The translations under genes were made by a program, and so were the position numbers. Shown piece by piece: positions 9,301 through 17,738 of a stretch of 64,000 nt of DNA. The stretch is taken from positions 672,001 to 736,000 of the forward strand of contig CBDFGR010000003.1 of NCBI GenBank assembly GCA_965247115.1, given 5' to 3'. Below the pieces are notes generated by a model. The model ran no database searches, had not been told where the DNA came from, and was given only the letters and a program-made list of their open reading frames with translations. This DNA is from Myxococcota bacterium. GTDB taxonomy: Bacteria; Myxococcota_A; UBA9160; SZUA-336. How positions within the stretch are numbered: the first letter of the stretch is position 1; each line of letters opens with the position of its first letter.

Positions 9301-12300
9301 GAGCGTCGTGCTCGCGTCCGCGGTGAGCGTCGCCGTGATCACGTCCTCTGTGCAGATCGAGTATCCCGTGGGGCAGTAATCGATGGTTTCCACACGCCCG
9401 TTCGCTCGCTCGACGCGCGTCAGATGGGCAAGGGTGTCGTAGCCGAACCTGTCCGCCACGTTTCCAGGTCGCGTGACCATGCACGGAAGCCCTAGGCCCG
9501 CAGGAGGAGCCAGGCCCTGAGCGCAATCCGCATCCAGATAGGAGAACTGGTCGCTAACACCGACCGAAGTATCGGATCCACGCGTGATCTGTATTGGGAA
9601 GGTGTGGAAGTCCGCTTCGTACCAGATCTGGACCTGGTGCCCGTTCGGGTCGTCAAGCGTCGGCGGACCCGTGATCAAGAACTCGTTTCCATAGGAGTCG
9701 TACTGCATCGTCGTCGCCACCCAGGCAGGAGGCGAGCTTTCCTTGAGCTTCTCGACCTTTGTAACGTTCCCCTCGCTCACCTGTCCGAGCGGGAGGCCAT
9801 CGTAGTAGCGGCGCTCGTGAGAGACGGTCGTGGTGGCTGCGAGGTCCGTGATCTGAACCTCGGATGGGCTTGCGATCAGGTGTCGGTCGGTCGACGCGGG
9901 GGAGGCATAGGTCAGGACGGTGCGGCGGCCGTCGTCGCCCAGATCCGTCGTGGGATTCAGGGGATCCACCTCCCCGTACTCGAGGATCTCCTGGGGCAAT
10001 TGGTCCTCAGGCGTGGCGCCATACGCGATGGTCGTACGGCTCATCTTGCGGCCCGACTCGTCGCCCTCGACATCTTCGGTCCGAACCTCTGTGAGGAGGC
10101 AGGCATCCCACCGGTCCGGGAGTGCAGTCGGGCCGGAGACGAGCAGGTAGTCGAGCTCCCTCCGTCTGAGGATCTGGCTAGTGAATAGGTCCGTCACCAC
10201 CTCGCGGTCGATTTCGCGCCCGCAGGCCCGATCCAGCGCCGGGTCGATCACATACTCGCGGAGGATCTCGGTCGACGGCTGTCCGGCCTCGTATTGGGTG
10301 CGTGTGACCGTCCCGTAGCCCCGGAACTCCCGTTCGCTGCGGTCATAGCCCGCGTCCGCGAAGCAGTACTCATCGATGATCGAGTTCTCGAGGTCTTGGA
10401 TCTCCATCTGCGAGACGACCGGACGGACGATGGGAAGATCGGGGTTCAGGCTACTGCCACACGTCGCGGAGGGCATCGCGCTCGTGCCGTAGTCGAAGAA
10501 GGTCACCCCGGCGAGGGGGTTCGTCGCGGAATCCAGGAGTCCGGGCTGCGGCCCCAGGCTCAGGTAGATCTCGTCCAGAGCGAGGATCCAATCGACGAGA
10601 CCGTCACTATCCACGTCTTGGAGGGTCGAGTTCCCGTTCGGGCGCTCGTGGTCGATGACGCAGCTCCGCGGATCCGTACCGCCTCCGGACCAGGTCGGCG
10701 TCCAATTGACTCCGGTCGCCTGGAACCCCTCGCCCGTTCCGTACTTCACCGTCCACTGCGGCGGCGACCCTGAGGTGGAGACGTGATCCACTAATCCGTC
10801 TCCGTTGATGTCGATGAGGTGACTCGTCTTGCAGCTCCCATTGGCGAGACTCAGACTCGCGGGCGCGTTCAGGAGGTTCTGCTCCGTCGACGTATCGAAG
10901 CCACCCCCGAAGTTGAACGCCACTCGCCACGACGTGCCGTTGTGGTACACGCGGTCCAGAAGGCCGTCGCTATTGATGTCCTGCAACAGGGCCGTGTCGT
11001 CTCCCGCGCCTGTCGTGAACACGATCCAGGACGCTGCAGGATCGGGCCACGAAAGAGAGGAGAGCCAGCTGCCCTGACCACCCGAGATCCCTCCATTGGG
11101 GACAACCGTCCAAGCAGATCCGCCCGAAGAGTCGATGCGATCGGGCAGACCGTCGCCCGTGAGGTCCAAGAGATCCCGTGTTGTGCGCAGGTCGAGTGAA
11201 ACGCTGTGCTGGTCGACGATTCGCAGGTTGATCGGACTCCCTGGCCACGCGGTCGAGGTGCTGCTCATTCCGGTCGCGGATCCCAGATAGACATCCCACG
11301 GATCGGCTATTGAGCTGACACCATCCGGAAAGCCGTCCCCGTCCATGTCCAGCGTATCCGTCTCGACATACGTGTTCGTGCTGGGACTAAACCAGGCGTC
11401 CAATGTGAGAGTCGCGTCACGATACGCAACGTGCTGCGTGGACCAGGTCTCTGGAGCGTTCAGGTACTCGTTTCCGTCCCCTGGCCACCGTTCCGCCCGA
11501 GAAGGACTATCCGCCGTCTTGAAGACATCCCGCGCACCATCGGAGTCGAGATCCGAGAGCTGCTTTAGTTCGGTAGCGGAGCCCGGGATGAGAATCTCAC
11601 CATAGATGGGACCGTAAATCCCTATGGGCGCAACGACGATGAGATCCATGAAGCCGGGCTCGACCCCGGGGGCGTTCGCGATGTAGTTGCTCGACATGGA
11701 AGAGAAGCCGGGATTGCTTTCGGAGTACGTGAAGCTGTGCGCGGCTTGTTTGCCCGCCCAGTCGCTCGACCCCCGAGTGACACTTACGAGTCGGCTCCGC
11801 CCTGAGGCTGGGGCCTGGTCGTAGGCGAGGTCGTAGTGGGTGGCGTGCTTTGACACGCCGCTCTTCACCACGTACAGATCGATACGTGTGATCCGATGGT
11901 CCAGCTTTTGGCGGAAGCCTGAGGAGTAGCTGATCGGCTGATCTGGGCGAACCGCACCGACGTACCCGGAGGGGTAGATGTTGATCCTCCGATTTTGGGC
12001 TGTGCCATCCCCCCAGAAGACATTGGTCAACCTCGCAACTCCGCCCGTGAACTGATACCAGTAGGTGATGCGGTTCCCATGGGCATCATCGGCCTGCTGG
12101 AGAAGCCACGAGAAGGTCTCGCCGTTCTTGTCGTTGTCGACGCGACTTCCTGCCGACGTACCGTAAACGAAGAGTCGCCCCTGTCGGTCACGGATCTCCC
12201 ACTTATTCGAGGACGGGATGTACTCGATGAGGCGGCCGTCGTCTCGCTGCGTGCGGTAACGGTCCCGACCTCCGGCACTTGAATCGAAGATCAGATCCTG

Positions 12301-12672
12301 GCCATCGAGGACAAAGTCGTGGCGATATTCGAAGGCGCTTCCAAGTGGCTGCGTCAGATCGTATGGAGGTCCGAACTTTCGGTCGCGCTCGATGGTACTG
12401 AGGCCCTCCAACTTCCACCCGAAGCCGAAAGGCCCCGCTGGTCCTTTCGAGCTCTTGCTCTGGTAGACCAGCGCGAGCTTTGGCGTGTGACCGTCGGGGC
12501 CGGGGGGAACAACGAGCGCGATTCGGTACGTACTCGTACCCTGAGACTCGGAGACCCTCCCAACGGCGGAGAGCCCCACCGATGCTGGATCGGACGCGCC
12601 CGTCTGCGCCTGCGGAGACGTGGGTAAGAACGCGAAGAGCGCGAGTACGATGGGGGGGAGGCCGCGCGCCAC
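6376..12672 (-). CDS. Secreted SpvB/TcB-like + FG-GAP + YD/RHS polymorphic toxin with a JAB/JAMM-like C-terminal domain
   Basis: Signal peptide; SpvB-like N-terminus (YRIALVVPPG...PKLALVY...GPFGFGW); DxDGDG repeats; EREFRGYG; YD repeats; RHS core FTGQ..YDYGARMFDPRWGRFLSPD..LNRYAYVSNAPTSLVDPTG; tip HTHPRGGEGISRED. Confidence 0.92.
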   Translation of the reverse strand: MARGLPPIVLALFAFLPTSPQAQTGASDPASVGLSAVGRVSESQGTSTYRIALVVPPGPDGHTPKLALVYQSKSSKGPAGPFGFGWKLEGLSTIERDRKFGPPYDLTQPLGSAFEYRHDFVLDGQDLIFDSSAGGRDRYRTQRDDGRLIEYIPSSNKWEIRDRQGRLFVYGTSAGSRVDNDKNGETFSWLLQQADDAHGNRITYWYQFTGGVARLTNVFWGDGTAQNRRINIYPSGYVGAVRPDQPISYSSGFRQKLDHRITRIDLYVVKSGVSKHATHYDLAYDQAPASGRSRLVSVTRGSSDWAGKQAAHSFTYSESNPGFSSMSSNYIANAPGVEPGFMDLIVVAPIGIYGPIYGEILIPGSATELKQLSDLDSDGARDVFKTADSPSRAERWPGDGNEYLNAPETWSTQHVAYRDATLTLDAWFSPSTNTYVETDTLDMDGDGFPDGVSSIADPWDVYLGSATGMSSTSTAWPGSPINLRIVDQHSVSLDLRTTRDLLDLTGDGLPDRIDSSGGSAWTVVPNGGISGGQGSWLSSLSWPDPAASWIVFTTGAGDDTALLQDINSDGLLDRVYHNGTSWRVAFNFGGGFDTSTEQNLLNAPASLSLANGSCKTSHLIDINGDGLVDHVSTSGSPPQWTVKYGTGEGFQATGVNWTPTWSGGGTDPRSCVIDHERPNGNSTLQDVDSDGLVDWILALDEIYLSLGPQPGLLDSATNPLAGVTFFDYGTSAMPSATCGSSLNPDLPIVRPVVSQMEIQDLENSIIDEYCFADAGYDRSEREFRGYGTVTRTQYEAGQPSTEILREYVIDPALDRACGREIDREVVTDLFTSQILRRRELDYLLVSGPTALPDRWDACLLTEVRTEDVEGDESGRKMSRTTIAYGATPEDQLPQEILEYGEVDPLNPTTDLGDDGRRTVLTYASPASTDRHLIASPSEVQITDLAATTTVSHERRYYDGLPLGQVSEGNVTKVEKLKESSPPAWVATTMQYDSYGNEFLITGPPTLDDPNGHQVQIWYEADFHTFPIQITRGSDTSVGVSDQFSYLDADCAQGLAPPAGLGLPCMVTRPGNVADRFGYDTLAHLTRVERANGRVETIDYCPTGYSICTEDVITATLTADASTTLTVKSFLDGLGRPYREEQPGDSSKTVLISRTFDDRGRIATETIPHFSTNLSPLARVASYDAIGRIASVLSEDGTTIRTWSYAPWAVVEEVFFGPITASNRRSYTLRIRDGRRRLNTVYNYENAVSLGTPLVVDAFYDELDRLVEVRDPIANNPSWCAGLAPNCSVQDHKTFITYDLLGRRTELLDPDSGSWTYTYDDAGLLLTERDGAGRGSDYEYDELQRVSKRLMVPLGSGSEDAGFSYGANPFISSYGRIEAVTALSSGTTTYQFLYDAGGRLSQETQTTPGYAGSLTSSFTYDHLDRIDQRTFPDGAIWDHNYDSLWLTEVRESSGYFNRPIIRTAIYDASGRPTFYSIGDRNDQTGTSVLTLSYSYDSSTARLTQILADPTADTDMTLDYTVDGLGRLANQTIDGQSRSFQYDGLSRLTQAVGPWEGGSQLETWNYSYDPLGNLLSQTSTGSYTRSWEYDDSNAPHFLTEFVENASTETMVPELGGNPATRNGSEQFIWNAQNRLHKTTTNDSTNYYDVFDRRVRQQITGTNATEVIYVGEDFEYDTTQDVSIKYLIVGGQRIASLYFPDPFEAFSWPGWLRPWLPLAGQIVLALAIGLALLGIVGIVVQGSGVRPPAWLSAPGVGVLAFGLLTLTLPVRAAGSVPQGTHERLLAHITDHQGSVRGAVNLLGIVVEERDYTPFGMSVNYSGTFDLPHRFTGQAEDDAAGFYDYGARMFDPRWGRFLSPDSFVQSFDSQGLNRYAYVSNAPTSLVDPTGNVGGCFAVVLVTSCFGGFTGFSASAGIRNAARAGLLADLVNFLAGLGLGNRGGGIATAADGEGMTPAAPDGTGGGGGETGLVPDLTSVERLGIQTLDRLHNDAVGTGDFRERGFLLEDGKLDDSFIGTETQIRFPENRLKTADLAGHTHPRGGEGISREDRIGALTQRKAGGQELIRSPGGRILSITKPARPGPLIRETLRGPGSREFPRRK

Positions 12673-12703
12673 GAGAATCTCCAGTACACGTGTAGTGCCG
12701 GAA

Positions 12704-13075
12704 TCAGAAGCAGTCGCGGAATTCGGTCTTCGTGAGAGCTAGTACCTCGTTGTCGGTGGCCCCGCGTTGGCACGCGGCGATCACCTGCTTGGTGTATGCG
12801 TCGTAGCGGGAACGAATGCACCGAAGCCTGAGTTCCGTGGAACGATCTTTGGCGCGGTCGAGATGCTCGGTGATCTTGCTCCGAGCGGCTGCAACAGCCT
12901 CGGCCTCGGACCGAGTCATCTCAGCTTGTGCGGTCTGCGCTTTGCAGAGCGACCCGGCACGCGCCGGGCTGCTAGCCAGGAGCAGGGAACAAACCAAGCA
13001 GAGACCTAGTAAGAACGGGCGACCTAGTCCCGGGGGTCGTCGCGAGCAGGCAATCCAAGTAGTTGAATGCCGCAT
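12704..13075 (-). CDS. Small secreted cysteine-containing helical protein upstream of the RHS gene
   Basis: Signal peptide ending SPARA, four Cys in the mature part, GGAG RBS upstream; stop lies 31 nt before the RHS start. Confidence 0.6.
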   Translation of the reverse strand: MRHSTTWIACSRRPPGLGRPFLLGLCLVCSLLLASSPARAGSLCKAQTAQAEMTRSEAEAVAAARSKITEHLDRAKDRSTELRLRCIRSRYDAYTKQVIAACQRGATDNEVLALTKTEFRDCF

Positions 13076-13234
13076 AGGAGTCTCCTATGACGGTCGAGCA
13101 TGAACCCCAACACCTTGCCGAGTCAATGAGAACAAACAACGAAGGCTCGGTAGCGGGCTTCACCATCCCGTTCGACCGGGTCATTGGCGGTGCCGAAGAG
13201 GCAGTAACCGCGAGCCTCGCCGACGCGTAAGGGT

Positions 13235-13660
13235 ATGCGAGCTTGGATGGGATATGTGAACCTGCTTCGTCGCAATGCGCGGCCTCTGTTTGCGACCGCC
13301 CTCATGACGCTCGGCTGCTCGCGCGCACCGATGGGTGTGCCGACGACGAAGCTGTCCAACGGAGAGTCGTGCCCGTCAACGCCGGTGGAGGCGGGAGCGG
13401 CCGCGCGCCAGCTAGTGGCGGAATTCCGCAGGAACTTCGAGCAAGACGTGCGCGTACCCGACTGGTGCTTCGCGTCCGACGACGACTACGCTGAGGTGGC
13501 CGATCGGCTGACGCGTGTCTGCCGAGATCGTCCTGTGGAGGCACGGGCCGACGCTCTGGCGCTCGTGGCCCTCAAGGCAGGCCGCTGCGCGGGCTTCGAA
13601 GCGGGGAGACGCTCGACGCTGGGGGACGGGCGCCGCGGGCCGCGCTTCGGCCATCGCTGA
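13235..13660 (+). CDS. Hypothetical lipoprotein-like protein
   Basis: Hydrophobic stretch ending TLGC and several Cys; weak support. Confidence 0.4.
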   Translation: MRAWMGYVNLLRRNARPLFATALMTLGCSRAPMGVPTTKLSNGESCPSTPVEAGAAARQLVAEFRRNFEQDVRVPDWCFASDDDYAEVADRLTRVCRDRPVEARADALALVALKAGRCAGFEAGRRSTLGDGRRGPRFGHR

Positions 13661-13830
13661 CGAGAGACGCGGCAGCGGGCGTCTCCCCGAGGCTAGTCGA
13701 GGTCGTTCGAGTCGTGCACGGGGCTCTCGACTCCTCCGCCGTCGGGAGCGAGAGTTCAGGAGGGCTAGGTTCGAGGCGACTTCTTTGAACGAGCTACTGC
13801 TGCCTCCAGGGCAACGCTACTGTACTTGCT

Positions 13831-14781
13831 GTGGGCGACATTGACAGGCTCCTCGATATCGATCGGGAGAATGCCGAACAGACATTGCGGTTCCTCCTGG
13901 ACCTGGACGCGGAGCTCGGCGATGCGGTCGACGCGGCCCAAGAGCTCTTCAATTCGTTCCTGCGCGCTTTCAGCCAAGGTGCCACGCACGACGACGACCA
14001 GGAAGTGCTGGAGCGCACGCTGTCTGGACTCGGGGTCGAGGATGAGAGGGCCGTTGACAAGGTCCTCAACGACCCTGGCTCGACCGAGTCACAACTGGAG
14101 CTAGCCCGCGAAGCGAAGGGCGCAATCGATCGATCGTGGAGTCGCCTCATCCGAGGCATCCTTCTGGTTCAGGTTCAAAAGCACTACCTGTGGGGCATCA
14201 CCGATCTTCTCGCGCTCCGTATGACCTCGATGTACAGGTACATGCGGCTTCAAGCCGAGGGAGTCGCTCTGCTCCGGCTGATCTTCGATCGCCCGGAACT
14301 CGCCTGGGCGTGGTTCGACCTGTCTCCGGTGGGTCCTGCAGGCCCGAGGTTCTTTCGCGACCACCGCCAGGCGATGCAGGGCTATATGCGCCAAGATCAG
14401 CTAGACGACGACTACGACGTCGGTTCAGGCGTAGGACAGCACATTCGGCCGGTGGGTGTCGTCTATGGACTCACTCAGTCGACCTTCATCGAACGAGGCC
14501 GGCGCGTCCATGAGTTGCGACTGCGGTTCCAAGAGACGCACCTAGACGAAACCGAGGGAAGGCGCGACTTCCTGCTGGTGTTGACGCGGTTCCTTCGCAC
14601 TCAGCAAAGGGTCTTCAGCGCTCTCGTGCAATGTCTCCCGGAGGCTGATGATCGCCTGCTACGCGATACGCGGGTGCCGAGATTCCGAAGCCTGGTGGAT
14701 CGCCTCTTCAAGAAATTCGCTGGCGCGTACCCGGACTTCGCTTCTCATGCTCGTGAAATGGCGAAGGAGACCGGGATCTAG
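13831..14781 (+). CDS. Hypothetical helical protein, DUF5677/HEPN-like
   Basis: 316-aa ORF; pattern R-x3-E (MRLQAE) ... Y-x3-S-x4-H (YDVGSGVGQH) resembles the DUF5677 family; family call from memory. Confidence 0.5.
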   Translation: MGDIDRLLDIDRENAEQTLRFLLDLDAELGDAVDAAQELFNSFLRAFSQGATHDDDQEVLERTLSGLGVEDERAVDKVLNDPGSTESQLELAREAKGAIDRSWSRLIRGILLVQVQKHYLWGITDLLALRMTSMYRYMRLQAEGVALLRLIFDRPELAWAWFDLSPVGPAGPRFFRDHRQAMQGYMRQDQLDDDYDVGSGVGQHIRPVGVVYGLTQSTFIERGRRVHELRLRFQETHLDETEGRRDFLLVLTRFLRTQQRVFSALVQCLPEADDRLLRDTRVPRFRSLVDRLFKKFAGAYPDFASHAREMAKETGI

Positions 14782-14794
14782 TGGAGGAGACAGC

Positions 14795-15058
14795 ATGTCC
14801 TGAGGAAGACCTTCGCGCCGAAGTCGATCGACTCCGCGCCGGAAACGAAGCCTTGAAGTCCAAACAGACTCGCGAACTCCGCCTCCAGGTAAGCCAGAAC
14901 TCCGCCTCCAGGTAAGCCAGAAGAAGGGTGTCTCTCTGTACGGCATCCGACGCTTTCCGGTCACTTTCTACGCCGATGAGTGGGAGAAGATCCTGGGCAT
15001 GGCAGGCGAGATCCGGTCCTTTATCCGCGAGAACGAGGGACAGCTGAAGCGGAAGTAG
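14795..15058 (+). pseudogene. Disrupted small conserved protein (MSEEDLRAEVDRLRA...LRLQVSQKKGVSLYGIRRFPVTFYADEWEKIL...QLKRK)
   Basis: GGAGGAG RBS and ATG at 14795; an extra T gives ATG TCC TGA; a 23-bp tandem duplication at 14874-14919 shifts the frame; the distal frame reads as a recognisable small-protein motif ending in TAG at 15058. Confidence 0.7.
14874..14919 (+). repeat. Perfect 23-bp tandem duplication GAACTCCGCCTCCAGGTAAGCCA x2
   Basis: Directly visible in the sequence. Confidence 0.95.
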
Positions 15059-15105
15059 CGCGCCGATCCGAGCGTAGCTCGTGAGGTGACCCGCTGGAAC
15101 TCGTC
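15039..15105 (+). repeat. ~66-bp direct repeat, copy 1 (copy 2 at 16404-16469)
   Basis: GACAGCTGAAGCGGAAGTAGCG(CG)CCGATCCGAGCG(T/C)AGCTCGTG(G)AGGTGACCCGCTGGAACTCGTC occurs twice with few differences. Confidence 0.95.
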
Positions 15106-15317
15106 GTAGGAGCCGCGTGGAGGTGTGGAGCGACTCGTGGGATCGGGCGTTGGAATTGCGGAGGTTCTCCGCTCCAGTGCAGCTACGTTGTACGTGACAG
15201 GCCACACGCCCGCTTGCGGAAGAACTGGGCAGTCGTCTTCGTGAGAGCCGCGGATGTTTTCCCCGCTATAGTCAGGCAGACAGTGTCAGGCGAACCGACA
15301 TTCGACGACGTTAGAAG

Positions 15318-16397
15318 ATGGCCGGATCGGAGCTGAGAGTAGTGCGGAAGATCCAAAGCGCGGGCTTCGCTCTGATCTGGGCCTCGACAGTCCTCATACT
15401 GCCGTTGATGAGCCGCGCTGCCAGCTACTGCTATAGCACTGAAGGCTTTCCAAGCGCGTGGAGGCTCGAACCGATGAAAGAAGGCTTCCGCGCGTATCTC
15501 CAACCGGAACATCCGCTGCGGCCGAAGCCTACGGAAACAGCCACACTTCTGTATTCACCAAAGGTGGGCTTCAGTGATGGGGGTGAGCGGCCAGCGCCTC
15601 AGCCAACTTGGCTGCATCGTGACTCAGCGGCTTTGCGTTGTGCCGACTCCGTTCCCGAAACTTACGGCCTGACGCTGGACCAACTTCGACACCTGCGGTC
15701 AGAACTGCAGAACGTCGAGCACGAGTATGAGGTCGAGCAGAAAGTCTCCGCGTGCGCGCGCGACGGCGACACGACCTGGCTTGCCCTTGGATTCTATTCG
15801 GGCGAGGGCGTCACGGGAGTTGGCGGGATCGGTCGCTACGACTCAACGAGTCGACAACTCGAGGTGCACCGGCCGGAAGCGATCCGGAGGGCCTCCGCAA
15901 CCAGCATCGCGGTCTTCGGTGAGATGGTGTGGGTGGGGACCACAGGGTTCCACGAGTGCGTGGGTTATCCGCCCAAGGCCGGGCTGATCCAATACAAGTG
16001 GGGGAGCCTAAACAAGACGGCGAATCAGTTCATCGGAGGACCGGAGGTCTGCGGATTCGTAGTGCACGACATGCTCCGCGTTGAAGACAAACTCTGGGTC
16101 GCTACAGACCTGGGACTCACCGAGATCACCGATCCGGGCGGCTTATTTCCGAGCGGGTTCCGCAACTTCGTACCAGATTCCAAGGCACCCAATCGGGTAC
16201 GAGAGGTTACCTGTGAAGATCTCTACGACGAACTTCTGACCACGCTGCCCAGTACTCCGGACAGGATGGGCAATTCCCCCTTCCGGTGGTTCTTTGACAG
16301 CGTTGTCCGGCACGCCTCGTGGTACACGGGCGGTCTCCTGAGAGAGATGGTCAGGACGCGTCGAGACGGCGGCCAGCTGGGCAAGGCTCCCAAGTAA
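15318..16397 (+). CDS. Exported hypothetical protein with beta-propeller-like repeats
   Basis: N-terminal hydrophobic signal; repeats TTWLAL / MVWVGT / KLWVATDLGL typical of propeller blades. Confidence 0.65.
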   Translation: MAGSELRVVRKIQSAGFALIWASTVLILPLMSRAASYCYSTEGFPSAWRLEPMKEGFRAYLQPEHPLRPKPTETATLLYSPKVGFSDGGERPAPQPTWLHRDSAALRCADSVPETYGLTLDQLRHLRSELQNVEHEYEVEQKVSACARDGDTTWLALGFYSGEGVTGVGGIGRYDSTSRQLEVHRPEAIRRASATSIAVFGEMVWVGTTGFHECVGYPPKAGLIQYKWGSLNKTANQFIGGPEVCGFVVHDMLRVEDKLWVATDLGLTEITDPGGLFPSGFRNFVPDSKAPNRVREVTCEDLYDELLTTLPSTPDRMGNSPFRWFFDSVVRHASWYTGGLLREMVRTRRDGGQLGKAPK

Positions 16398-16403
16398 GCC
16401 GAT

Positions 16404-16469
16404 GACAGCTGAAGCGGAAGTAGCGCCGATCCGAGCGCAGCTCGTGGAGGTGACCCGCTGGAACTCGTC
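16404..16469 (+). repeat. ~66-bp direct repeat, copy 2
   Basis: Matches 15039-15105; begins 7 nt after the stop of the 359-aa gene. Confidence 0.95.
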
Positions 16470-16545
16470 TAGCTCGAGCGCATCGTCCTGTATCCCCGGC
16501 GAAACGCCTAGATGCGTTTGACAGCTACGCGACTGGAACGGCCCT

Positions 16546-16628
16546 GGACGGTATGGGACAGTCAACTAGCCGAGGCTAAAACCGTTTCGGACGAAACAGG
16601 ACACAGCCGGACAGTACCGGACGGTCCC
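16546..16628 (+). repeat. GGAC-initiated 10-bp-periodic repeats (probable integrase arm or directionality-factor sites)
   Basis: GGAC at 16546, 16556 and at 16589, 16599, 16609, 16619, immediately before the att fragment. Confidence 0.7.
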
Positions 16629-16632
16629 TCGG

Positions 16633-16692
16633 GCGGTCTCGAAAACCGTTGAGGGTGCAAGTCCTCCGGGGGTTCGAATCCCCTCTCTCCGC
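16633..16692 (+). tRNA. 3' fragment of tRNA-Ser(CGA) (att-site duplication, not a complete tRNA)
   Basis: Anticodon arm GCGGT-CTCGAAA-ACCGT, long variable arm GAGGG-TGCAAG-TCCTC, T arm GGGGG-TTCGAAT-CCCC, acceptor 3' strand TCTCTCC-G; no D arm or 5' acceptor strand upstream and no CCA. Confidence 0.85.
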
Positions 16693-17045
16693 ACACAGTT
16701 GGACCGATGACGGTCAGTGCCAACTATACTCGGCGGAGGTAGCTGCCCACCCCGGGGCTTCTGTCGCGTGCGGAGCGGCCGTTTTAACACCAAGGCGGTT
16801 GCGGAGACCGCCCCGTACCCGCGTGTAGCCACAGCGCTTTCAGGGCAGACGCAGTCGCGCACGCAGTCGAAGGAGTTCGGATGAGCGATGTAGCGTCGCG
16901 AGCGCAGCCACTCGCCTCGGCATGCCCGCGGTCGATCCCGCTCTGGTAGTCTTCTGGCAACACATCTGGCGATTCGTCGACGGCCTGAGGCAGGCTGCAC
17001 CCTAAGCGTCCTAGCAGTTGGGCGGCGCCGACCGAGGGGGAGGTA

Positions 17046-17738
17046 GTGCAGTTCTCCCGAGTCATTCAGTCATTCCTATTCCGTGACCTCATCTCCTACC
17101 TGGTTCCCGGCTTCGTCGCCATGTTAGCGATTTTCCTACTCGCGGTGCCTAACGGCGAACTCACGTCGGTCGAACGCTCTGCGAAGATCCTCGGCTCCTT
17201 CTCCACAACAATTGCCGCCCTCGCGGTCGCCTACACGACGGGGTATTTGCTCTCTACCCTGGCCTACATTCTCTGGGACCGCTGGGCCTCGTGGTTTCCG
17301 CCTTCGAAGCTTAGCGGCGACTTGCAACTGATTTGTCTATTACGCTCGGACTTCGGCCACGCTGCCAACAAACGCCAGCATCAGTCGGAACGTGACCGCA
17401 GCAATCAACTGAGCAACCTATTCCTGAACTTTGTCGAGTCCCGGGACAGGGACTTCTTCACAATGAACATCGAACGAGCGCAGTCGATGAAGAATTTCGA
17501 GATCGGACTGGCAGCTGCGCTTGCACTCTGGGGCGTGTGCCTAGCGCAATACGGCTCGCAGCCCCACCGGCTCTACTGGGCCGGCTTCGCCGGATTCCTA
17601 GCCTTCTATCTCTTCTTCTTCGCGAGTCGCCGGCTCGACCGGGAGATCGACTCCGTTGGGGCGGCAGCCTACCTGCGACTTCAAGCCGAGCCCGAAGGGA
17701 TCACAGCAGCCACGGCCGACCAGGTGGACACCCCCTAA
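17046..17738 (+). CDS. Hypothetical 4-TM membrane protein, possibly a former integron cassette
   Basis: Two pairs of hydrophobic helices; GGAGG RBS before the GTG; visibly lower GC; stop TAA lies inside CCCTAAC. Confidence 0.7.
   Translation: MQFSRVIQSFLFRDLISYLVPGFVAMLAIFLLAVPNGELTSVERSAKILGSFSTTIAALAVAYTTGYLLSTLAYILWDRWASWFPPSKLSGDLQLICLLRSDFGHAANKRQHQSERDRSNQLSNLFLNFVESRDRDFFTMNIERAQSMKNFEIGLAAALALWGVCLAQYGSQPHRLYWAGFAGFLAFYLFFFASRRLDREIDSVGAAAYLRLQAEPEGITAATADQVDTP

Larger units (their letters stand above)
1..16692. mobile_element. Integrative genomic island inserted at tRNA-Ser(CGA); left end lies outside the window
   Basis: Tyrosine integrase at the left edge; 3' tRNA-Ser fragment (att-type duplication) at 16633-16692; cargo of RHS toxin/immunity-like and orphan genes with no housekeeping genes between them. 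Confidence 0.7.

Noticed and set aside
14874..16628. CRISPR array
   Set aside because: Repeats occur only twice or lack unique spacers of regular length; no cas genes
16600..16695. Complete functional tRNA-Ser
   Set aside because: No 5' acceptor strand, D arm or CCA; only the 3' portion is present
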